Positions 17,502 to 24,342 are shown, numbered from the stretch's first letter. The stretch: DNA of 32,366 nt from Candidatus Scatovivens sp. (GCA_045630665.1 JAZQTI010000035.1:1-32366); one strand, 5' to 3'. Translations and numbers: made by a program. Notes: generated by a model from the letters alone, not told the origin.

Positions 17502-18554
17502 TTAATATTGTTGATAAATGTTTCTATTTACTCTGCTTATACATTCTTTTACTCTTTTTTGTAATATTGGTATCATTTCTTTATGTTTTAATTGCCCTAT
17601 TAGTTGTAACTGATGACCTATATGACACCACGCACTAGCGTCCCAATAACTATTTCTAACCATTGACACACTATTTGTTGTATTAGTTCTATTCCATACA
17701 TAACAAACTTCTTTTATATTAATTACTTTATCTAAATCATCTATTTGGTCTGCTTGTCTATAACTCCAAACTCTATCTTCCATAAGTGTATCTTCGCAAA
17801 AATAAACAATTTTACTTTTTTTGATAACTCTAGCCCAAGCAGTACACCATACTTTATTATCACTTAAAAAGAAATCTTCATAATTACTATATTGATGAAA
17901 TTTTGTCATAAACACACCATTTTTGTCTATAAGCTCCATTCCTAGCAATGCCATGTCGTGTCCATATAAACGATTATTTATAGTTTCCAATACTTTATTA
18001 TCTTTCCACCAATCATCACTATCTAAAAAAGCAAAATAGTCAAATTCTAAATTGTTTAAAGCATAATCTATACCAACATTTCTGCTTCCACCATTATACC
18101 TTTTTCTTTTATTTTCTATTAAATGGATTCTTTTATCTTTCTTTTGATATTCCTTTGCAGTTTCAACTGATGTGTCAGTAGAGCAATCATCAACTATTAT
18201 CAATTCAAAATCTTTATAAGTTTGATTCAATATACTTTCAATACAATTTCTAAAAAATGATTTACCTTTATAATCACCACGATCATTATTACAATTTGGA
18301 ACTATTATTGCAAATTTATAATTTATTTTATCAGGTAATTTATCAAAATCTTTTTCATTTATATTAGATTTTTTTAAACAGTCAACTTCATAATTAGTTA
18401 AATTTATATCTACAAATTTACAATTTTTATAATAAATACAATGTAATCCTGTCTTTAATAAATCTTTATAGTTTTCATCATCAAACAAATATATATAATC
18501 ATTATTATTTTGCTTAACTACGCTTATACTATTTTTATCAACTGCTATTTTCAT
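17502..18554 (-). CDS. Glycosyltransferase family 2
   Basis: IIVP..N, CIESILNQTYKDFELIIVDDCSTD, SRNVGI, FLDSDD (DXD), ED. Likely start is ATG 18554. Confidence 0.92.
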   Translation of the reverse strand: MKIAVDKNSISVVKQNNNDYIYLFDDENYKDLLKTGLHCIYYKNCKFVDINLTNYEVDCLKKSNINEKDFDKLPDKINYKFAIIVPNCNNDRGDYKGKSFFRNCIESILNQTYKDFELIIVDDCSTDTSVETAKEYQKKDKRIHLIENKRKRYNGGSRNVGIDYALNNLEFDYFAFLDSDDWWKDNKVLETINNRLYGHDMALLGMELIDKNGVFMTKFHQYSNYEDFFLSDNKVWCTAWARVIKKSKIVYFCEDTLMEDRVWSYRQADQIDDLDKVINIKEVCYVWNRTNTTNSVSMVRNSYWDASAWCHIGHQLQLIGQLKHKEMIPILQKRVKECISRVNRNIYQQY

Positions 18555-18571
18555 ATTTATCACCTAAATTA

Positions 18572-18612
18572 ATTATACCATATCAAACAAAAAAGGACAA
18601 ATCGTGTCCTTT
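18572..18612 (-). promoter_or_regulatory. Terminator plus SigA promoter in front of GT2
   Basis: Hairpin AAGGACA/TGTCCTT-T-run overlaps TTGTCC-17 bp-TATAAT with extended TG. Confidence 0.65.
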
Positions 18613-18970
18613 AATCAATTTTCCAAATATATTCAATTTTTTTATCAGTGCAATCCCACGTGTCTATAATATATCCATTAACACACGCTGTTATATGATT
18701 ATTAGTAGTTATTAAATATTTTCCAATAGGGTGATTTTCTGCAAATTCACCTATATATGTTTCAATATATGGAATTCTTTTAAATTTATTATCTAAAAAA
18801 CCCCTTACAAAAACAGCGTTGTCCATCATTTGACCTTGTTCCATTGCACTTTTACATATTTCTCTATATGCTTCTTTCCAAGTTATATCCATTACTATCG
18901 AATATGCCCTAGGAAAGCAGTCATCAATAAAATTATTATGACTATTTGCATTGTAGTAAAAATATCGCAT
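18611..18970 (-). CDS. Hypothetical protein, possible Cys-His-Asp peptidase-like fold
   Basis: DC..RA, HITAC and DTWD motifs; last gene of the accessory operon. Confidence 0.6.
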   Translation of the reverse strand: MRYFYYNANSHNNFIDDCFPRAYSIVMDITWKEAYREICKSAMEQGQMMDNAVFVRGFLDNKFKRIPYIETYIGEFAENHPIGKYLITTNNHITACVNGYIIDTWDCTDKKIEYIWKID

Positions 18971-18971
18971 A

Positions 18972-19445
18972 TTATCTCATACTTCTTTGTAATGTTTCAT
19001 TAAGCATTTGTTTCTTTTGTGGTGTATCTGCTTCCTCATGTAAGAAATCTAAATATTCTCCTAATGCTTTTGCCATGAAATGAAATGCTTTATCAGATTC
19101 TTCTCCTGCTCCGTATCTTTCTCTTGATTCCATATATCTACCATATTCGTTAGACATTCTGTCCATGTAATCATCACCACGATATCTCATATCACGTCCT
19201 CTAGCACCATAGTTTCCTCTGCCATAGTTTCCATAATCCCCATAGTTATCACGCCCATAGCTATCATATCCAGGACGTCTTGCACCATAGTTTCCATAAT
19301 TTCCGTAATTCATATTTTCTTCCTCCTTTGCTATATGATTTATTTTAGTTAGTTTATACAAATGATCTAGATTGTTGGTAGTTATACCTTCGTCTAGTAT
19401 CTTATTTATACTTTCTTCGGTTTTCTTTTCTAACTTCTCGTGCAT
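18972..19445 (-). CDS. Hypothetical protein with central YG/RG low-complexity repeats
   Basis: YGNYGNYGARRPGYDSYGRDNYGDYGNYGRGNYGARGR between helical ends; RBS AAGGAGG. Confidence 0.85.
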   Translation of the reverse strand: MHEKLEKKTEESINKILDEGITTNNLDHLYKLTKINHIAKEEENMNYGNYGNYGARRPGYDSYGRDNYGDYGNYGRGNYGARGRDMRYRGDDYMDRMSNEYGRYMESRERYGAGEESDKAFHFMAKALGEYLDFLHEEADTPQKKQMLNETLQRSMR

Positions 19446-19447
19446 TG

Positions 19448-19627
19448 TTATTCCTCCTTTCTTAAAAGGGTTAATATTTCATCATTTTGCTTGATTATCT
19501 TTTCTAAATAATTACTATCTTGCTTTTGTAACTCTTGCATTAAATCCCTGTTGTTATAGTCTTGTAATAATAAAATAACGCTATACAATTGCAAGATTAA
19601 TGATGTCATATCTAAATTATTTCTCAT
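19448..19627 (-). CDS. Hypothetical 59-aa protein (not in ORF track)
   Basis: MRNNLDMTSLILQLYSVILLLQDYNNRDLMQELQKQDSNYLEKIIKQNDEILTLLRKEE; the start overlaps the upstream stop (TAATG). Confidence 0.75.
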   Translation of the reverse strand: MRNNLDMTSLILQLYSVILLLQDYNNRDLMQELQKQDSNYLEKIIKQNDEILTLLRKEE

Positions 19628-20088
19628 TAAATTCTTGAAATACTAAATGTAGCATTAGTTATAATTGCTTGTGTAGTTGCTATTGGTGTTGTAGGGTCAG
19701 TTGGTGTAGGTACACTTGGAACACTTTGAACTGATATATTAGTAGTTCCACGAGGGCATACTCTTAATTTCTTATCAAATGAAATAGTTTCATAATCATC
19801 GGCAGCTGCAATAGTTACGGCTCTAACTGTATCAGGTATTAGCACTCCATCTTGGAATAGCCCTATTGCTACTACACCAGCAGTCGCAGTACTCACTGAA
19901 GCACTAAATTCTACATCATAATAACCTGTGTATCCATTTCCAAATATTTTAAAATTAGGATTACCATTTGAATAATCTAACCAACCACAACAAGATGCAC
20001 ATCTAGTTCTAACAGTTGTTTCATCAAAAGTTATTGGACTTGCATTACTTGGTAATGCTAATGGTTCATTTATAATTGTTTCTATCAT
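19627..20088 (-). CDS. Beta-sandwich protein, BclA-CTD/C1q-like
   Basis: ITFD, GYYDVEFSASV, VAIGLFQDG..IP, NATFSISRI; Cys cluster CASCCG. True start is ATG 20088 (RBS GAAAGGAG), not 20214. Confidence 0.65.
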   Translation of the reverse strand: MIETIINEPLALPSNASPITFDETTVRTRCASCCGWLDYSNGNPNFKIFGNGYTGYYDVEFSASVSTATAGVVAIGLFQDGVLIPDTVRAVTIAAADDYETISFDKKLRVCPRGTTNISVQSVPSVPTPTDPTTPIATTQAIITNATFSISRI

Positions 20089-20146
20089 TTTTGTTTCTCC
20101 TTTCAATAATTTTGCACAATATTTTAAATATTTTGTGCATTTTTTA

Positions 20147-20179
20147 AAATAAAAGAGAATAGAACTATGCCTATTCTCT
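20147..20179 (-). terminator. Intrinsic terminator after the Gly/Cys-rich gene
   Basis: AGAGAATAG/CTATTCTCT stem followed by TTTATTTT. Confidence 0.7.
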
Positions 20180-20254
20180 ATGCTACCGACATTTGTGTCG
20201 GTACCTGTTAGCAAGTTCTCGTATTCGAGTTAGTTGTATTCAACTTCTATGCTA

Positions 20255-21133
20255 TTAAATAAATTGACTTGTTGTGTTAAATCCACATCCACATCCATTA
20301 TTTCCAGGGCATGTGAAAATTCTTTGATTTCCATAGACTGGTATTGTATTTATTGGGCATGTGGCTAGGCGATTATACAAAGCGTCAACTTCATTGTTTA
20401 ACCCTTGTGCAATAAATGCGTTTTGTGCAGTTTGTGAAGCTTTTAAATCAGCCATTTCAAGTTGTCTTTGTAAATCAGCAATCTTTTCGTTTTTAGCATC
20501 AATTTTGTCATTGCATAATTGGTCTAAAATACGTTGAGTGTTAGCAGTTTGGTTGATTAATACATCTTTTAAACCATCAGCTAATGCTGCTCTATCAGCA
20601 CAATTTTCGCTTAAGATAGTGCTGTTTAAATTAGCAATACCTAAACGATTTTCACAGCAACAGTCAGCGAATTGTCTACTTAATGCAAATGTGTCTTGCA
20701 TTTGGTTCATAGCTCTATTATTAGCGCTTATTTCGCTATTATAGAAGCCATTTGAAATTGCACTTGTTATGTCGCTTGTGCTATTACATATTTGGTTAGA
20801 TAATCCATAAATGCCATCTCTAGCACCTTCTAATTGGTTAGATAAATGTAATGTGTCAAATCCGTTGTTAGTGTTAGTCATAATGTCTTTTTGACCATTT
20901 GAAAGCCAAGCATATCCATTATCAAAACTATTATTACCAAAGAAACCACCATTGCCATTATTTCCCCAACCACCGAATAATGCTAATAATAAGATTACCC
21001 AAATAAAGTCGCTTCCATAACCACCAAAACCATTACCATATCCACCCATCATCATTGGGTATACTGGATAAGCATTGTTATTAGTTGCTAGGTCAACAGT
21101 TGGAACTATTCCTGAGTTTCCGTTCATTTTCAT
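20255..21133 (-). CDS. Gly-rich, one-TM, CCC-motif coiled-coil protein of unknown function
   Basis: GGYGNGFGG-FIWVILLLALFGGWG, ADCCCENR, ILDQLCNDKI coiled coil, C-terminal GCGCG. Start is 21133 or 21127. Confidence 0.85.
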   Translation of the reverse strand: MKMNGNSGIVPTVDLATNNNAYPVYPMMMGGYGNGFGGYGSDFIWVILLLALFGGWGNNGNGGFFGNNSFDNGYAWLSNGQKDIMTNTNNGFDTLHLSNQLEGARDGIYGLSNQICNSTSDITSAISNGFYNSEISANNRAMNQMQDTFALSRQFADCCCENRLGIANLNSTILSENCADRAALADGLKDVLINQTANTQRILDQLCNDKIDAKNEKIADLQRQLEMADLKASQTAQNAFIAQGLNNEVDALYNRLATCPINTIPVYGNQRIFTCPGNNGCGCGFNTTSQFI

Positions 21134-21219
21134 ATCTCCTTTCTATATATTTAAGGTGCTAGAAGCCTTATAGGAAGATATCATTTCTAGCATAATACCC
21201 TCCTATAAAGCTTTTAACT

Positions 21220-21465
21220 TTATTTTTGAGTATTTTGCTTGTTAAACATTCCCATCATTTGTTCCCATTGTTGTCTTTGTTGTGGGTTAAAACCATTTAT
21301 TGTTTCATTTAATAAATCATTTGGGTTGTTATTCTTTCTTGCCTCTTGATATTTTTTGAAAGCCTGTGGATTTTGTGCTTTCAATTGTTTCTCTAATTGG
21401 TTCATCATATTTTGTGGTATTTGTTGTATTTTGTTCTGCATTAACATTTGGATCATTTGCATCAT
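21220..21465 (-). CDS. Small Q/N/M-rich helical protein
   Basis: NPQ...NP repeats; RBS AAAGGA. Confidence 0.75.
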   Translation of the reverse strand: MMQMIQMLMQNKIQQIPQNMMNQLEKQLKAQNPQAFKKYQEARKNNNPNDLLNETINGFNPQQRQQWEQMMGMFNKQNTQK

Positions 21466-21850
21466 TTTTAATCATTCCTTTCAATTCTTCTATTTGCGTT
21501 TGTAAATATTCAATTTGTAAATCTTTTGCGTCTTTTGGTATTATTTCACTTAATTCGTAAGTTTTTATTTCACCTTTTGTATTTTTAATCCATACTACTG
21601 ACATATCTTTGCTAAAATATGGTGTATCACCAACAACCATGTCTCTTTGTACTTCATCAATTGAATTTGCGTATTTTATTACATCACGATTAGTAGGTGC
21701 TAATTGAAAATTTTGTGTTAAGTTGGTAGGTTGTTGTACAGGTGGTTGTTGCATTTGATTTCTCATTTTTTCTAGTTCTGCAATTTGGTTATTTATTCTA
21801 TCTATATTAACTTGTGCATTATATGGATTCATAAATTGATTGTTATACAT
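21329..21850 (-). CDS. Hypothetical protein, Q/P/N-rich N-terminus
   Basis: RBS AGGAGG; globular-looking core PYFSKDMSVVWIKNTKGEIKTY. Confidence 0.8.
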   Translation of the reverse strand: MYNNQFMNPYNAQVNIDRINNQIAELEKMRNQMQQPPVQQPTNLTQNFQLAPTNRDVIKYANSIDEVQRDMVVGDTPYFSKDMSVVWIKNTKGEIKTYELSEIIPKDAKDLQIEYLQTQIEELKGMIKNDANDPNVNAEQNTTNTTKYDEPIRETIESTKSTGFQKISRGKKE

Positions 21851-21865
21851 ATTAGTTCCTCCTAA

Positions 21866-21946
21866 TTAAATAAAAAGAAGGAGTGCATATAGATATCGCA
21901 TTTTTTTGCTAACAATTGGCTCATTGCCTTCTTGTAATTTTTCCAT
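21866..21946 (-). CDS. Putative leader peptide (26 aa)
   Basis: MEKLQEGNEPIVSKKMRYLYALLLFI; RBS AGAAGGAGG. Confidence 0.55.
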   Translation of the reverse strand: MEKLQEGNEPIVSKKMRYLYALLLFI

Positions 21947-22008
21947 CTATATTCCTCCTTCTACTTACTAATTTACTATCCTTTAAAGATACAAAATGAT
22001 ACAACCAC

Positions 22009-22035
22009 AAAAAAAGAACTCTAATTGAGTTCTTT
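22009..22035 (-). terminator. Terminator at the end of the AgrB-like gene
   Basis: AAAGAACTC-AATTA-GAGTTCTTT followed by TTTT. Confidence 0.75.
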
Positions 22036-23232
22036 AATTTTATTATTTATTCTATCTTTTATCTTTTTAATACCTGCTTCAGTATAGTTGTATTTAATAC
22101 TTAAACTTATAGCATTTTTCTTTTTAACAAAATATTCATAACATATTTTGTATTTTATACTATCTTTATCAACTACTTTTAAAATTGTTTCTTCAAACAA
22201 TTCTTCAGGCATTCCTCTATAAAGTGGTTTATACGCTTTCTTTACTAATTTAGATGTAATATAAGATAAACCGACACCTAGCATAATTGGAATGAATATA
22301 CTTATTCCTAATGGAGTAGTAATTCTATTTAAAGTGTAGTAGGTTAAGTTTGAAACAATAAAACATTGTGCCATGCTAGATAAGTGAAATGCTTTGCCGA
22401 ATGTTCGTTTGGTTAGCCAAAATGAAGTTAGTATAAATAAGCATTCTATCAAAGTGTGATTTAATTTTGCTACAAGTAAAATTAACACAACACTTAAAGT
22501 ATTCCAAATTAGACTTAATATAAAATAAATAATATAAGTTAATTTTGTAATTTTATCTAATTTTCTAAAATTACGCAATTTTTCTTGCAATTTTGTTAGC
22601 AATTTCTTTAAGTTTATCTTCTTTAGCAAATAAGAAAATGCTTCCTCCACCTGGTAACATATTTCTCCTCCTCTCAAAAAATACAATTTATATAATATAA
22701 TAATCATAATTAGAAAATCTAAGTTCATTAATAATGATATTGAAAAATTATAACCATTTGAATTTAAACTTTGACTTCTAACTATCATTGATATAAATTG
22801 ACAAAATACTATAAATAAAGTTAATTTCGTAAACTTCTTAATTTGTATTTTTTTAGTTTTAATAAAGTATATTATAATAGTTAATATATAGTCGCTAAAT
22901 ATATGCATTAAAGGATTATTTATTATTGTTTTTAAATATTGAAATATTACTATTAATGGAAACCACATAAAAGTATACAATTTTATTTCTTTATCATTTT
23001 TATTGCACATTATAGAAATGACAATATAAAAATTAATAAAACAATTAATATAAGAAATGATAATGTCTAATTTAAAAACTTTACAAAAATCATTAATTTG
23101 CAAAATTGTAGGATTATTAATATCCAAACCAAAATAATCTAATCCTACTATCTTCATTATAAACACACATACTAATACAAAAAGATACACTCTTAAACTT
23201 GCCGACAAATATTTGTCATAATCTTTAAACAT
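22021..23232 (-). CDS. Polytopic membrane protein: sensor-like TM domain + AgrB-like protease domain + C-terminal HTH
   Basis: About 6 N-terminal TM segments; KRTFGKAFHLSSMAQCFIVS (R-x6-H-x6-C); C-terminal YEYFVKKKNAISLSIKYNYTEAGIKKIKDRI (sigma-4-like HTH). Start is ATG 23232 with RBS GAGGAGGTGA. Confidence 0.75.
   Translation of the reverse strand: MFKDYDKYLSASLRVYLFVLVCVFIMKIVGLDYFGLDINNPTILQINDFCKVFKLDIIISYINCFINFYIVISIMCNKNDKEIKLYTFMWFPLIVIFQYLKTIINNPLMHIFSDYILTIIIYFIKTKKIQIKKFTKLTLFIVFCQFISMIVRSQSLNSNGYNFSISLLMNLDFLIMIIILYKLYFLRGGEICYQVEEAFSYLLKKINLKKLLTKLQEKLRNFRKLDKITKLTYIIYFILSLIWNTLSVVLILLVAKLNHTLIECLFILTSFWLTKRTFGKAFHLSSMAQCFIVSNLTYYTLNRITTPLGISIFIPIMLGVGLSYITSKLVKKAYKPLYRGMPEELFEETILKVVDKDSIKYKICYEYFVKKKNAISLSIKYNYTEAGIKKIKDRINNKIKELN
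22571..22660 (-). CDS. Nested AgrD-like propeptide (29 aa), out of frame inside the AgrB-like gene
   Basis: MLPGGGSIFLFAKEDKLKEIANKIARKIA*; RBS AGGAGG 6 nt before ATG. Confidence 0.55.
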   Translation of the reverse strand: MLPGGGSIFLFAKEDKLKEIANKIARKIA

Positions 23233-23299
23233 TTTTCTCACCTCCTCAATAAAATGAAAAAAGATACCTCGCTAGTATCTTTTTCCACCCCTTGTATTA

Positions 23300-23328
23300 A
23301 TTATACATTTTTAATTTGTACAAGTCAA
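23300..23328 (-). promoter_or_regulatory. SigA promoter of the AgrB-like gene
   Basis: TTGACT (23323-23328)-17 bp-TATAAT (23300-23305). Confidence 0.7.
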
Positions 23329-23661
23329 TTATTTTAATATATCAGTTTTGCTTATTTCCCATTGTTCCATCTTTTTTGCAATTGTATGTATGTATGAGTT
23401 TCCTCCAAGTGATTCATATACCCCTAACATATCCAAAAAATTTTGATAAACATAATCGGGGATAGCTTTAAGTTCATTGTAAACAAAATATGTATTAGTT
23501 AATTGACTTTTTAATAAAGTTTGCAATGCTACATTTTGCAATTTTTCGTTTGAAGTTTTATCTTCAAGTTTCTTTTTGTAATGTTTAATACGACCAACAC
23601 AATAAGTTAAAATACTACCTACAACAAAACTTATTGCCGTATTAATTATTGTTTGTGTCAT
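23329..23661 (-). CDS. Single-TM holin-like/lysis-associated protein
   Basis: N-terminal TM segment; LLKSQL...Y..LGGN motif of a phage family usually found near lysis genes; RBS AGGAGG. Confidence 0.55.
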   Translation of the reverse strand: MTQTIINTAISFVVGSILTYCVGRIKHYKKKLEDKTSNEKLQNVALQTLLKSQLTNTYFVYNELKAIPDYVYQNFLDMLGVYESLGGNSYIHTIAKKMEQWEISKTDILK

Positions 23662-23721
23662 AATTCCTCCTAGTTACTCTTACTGAATAAAATTATAACA
23701 CAATTATCTTTTTTTGACAAA

Positions 23722-23889
23722 TTAGGCTTTTTCTATAATTATTTTATTATCTTTTGAAGTTATTTTAAGTTCCTTGTCTGCTAGATCAGTTTTGTTTACT
23801 ATTTCCTTTGGTATGTTGCATACATAACAATTTAATCTTCTTTCACCTGTTTTAAGTGATTTATACATATTCTTTGCTAGTTTTGGCAT
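23722..23889 (-). CDS. AbrB/MazE-like small protein (55 aa, not in ORF track)
   Basis: MPKLAKNMYKSLKTGERRLNCYVCNIPKEIVNKTDLADKELKITSKDNKIIIEKA; RBS AAGGAGG; TAATG coupling. Confidence 0.65.
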   Translation of the reverse strand: MPKLAKNMYKSLKTGERRLNCYVCNIPKEIVNKTDLADKELKITSKDNKIIIEKA

Positions 23890-24077
23890 TATTTATCCTC
23901 CTTTAATTTTCTATATTTATATCCATCTTGAACCAATGAATAAATACTTACATATAATAATTCAATGTTTTCCCACTTTTCAGCTTGTTTGTTTTTATCA
24001 ACTTCCAAATATTCGATTTTCTTTTTGTTAGCATTATTTATTGCATTGATTAAAAATTGTTCTTCTATTTCTTTCAA
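23889..24077 (-). CDS. Hypothetical protein
   Basis: ORF track; TTG start with AAGGAAGT upstream. Confidence 0.55.
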   Translation of the reverse strand: MKEIEEQFLINAINNANKKKIEYLEVDKNKQAEKWENIELLYVSIYSLVQDGYKYRKLKEDK

Positions 24078-24078
24078 T

Positions 24079-24342
24079 TTACGACACTTCCTTTTCTAAA
24101 TTTCTTCCACACATAGGACAATAATTTATCTTTTTACTTGTTAAGCAATCGCTTGATTTAAACCAATCAGGTTTATCATAATAAGTTAAATTATCAGCCC
24201 ATAAAACTAATTTGCCTCTATCAATTTCTAGCATAACATCTATTTCATTTTTAAAACTTTTATCAATTATTCTTTTATTTGCTTCTTCTTCAAAACTTTT
24301 CTTTTTACTGCAATATTGACATTTCATTTCATTCCACCTCAC
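24079..24342 (-). CDS. Small Cys-rich (CxxC...CPMCG) zinc-ribbon protein
   Basis: MKCQYC...INYCPMCGRNL; the start is probably the internal ATG at 24327. Confidence 0.7.
   Translation of the reverse strand: MRWNEMKCQYCSKKKSFEEEANKRIIDKSFKNEIDVMLEIDRGKLVLWADNLTYYDKPDWFKSSDCLTSKKINYCPMCGRNLEKEVS

Noticed and set aside
20089-20214. 42-aa N-terminal extension of the beta-sandwich ORF given by the track
   Set aside because: It runs through a terminator and hairpins; the strong SD sits before ATG 20088.
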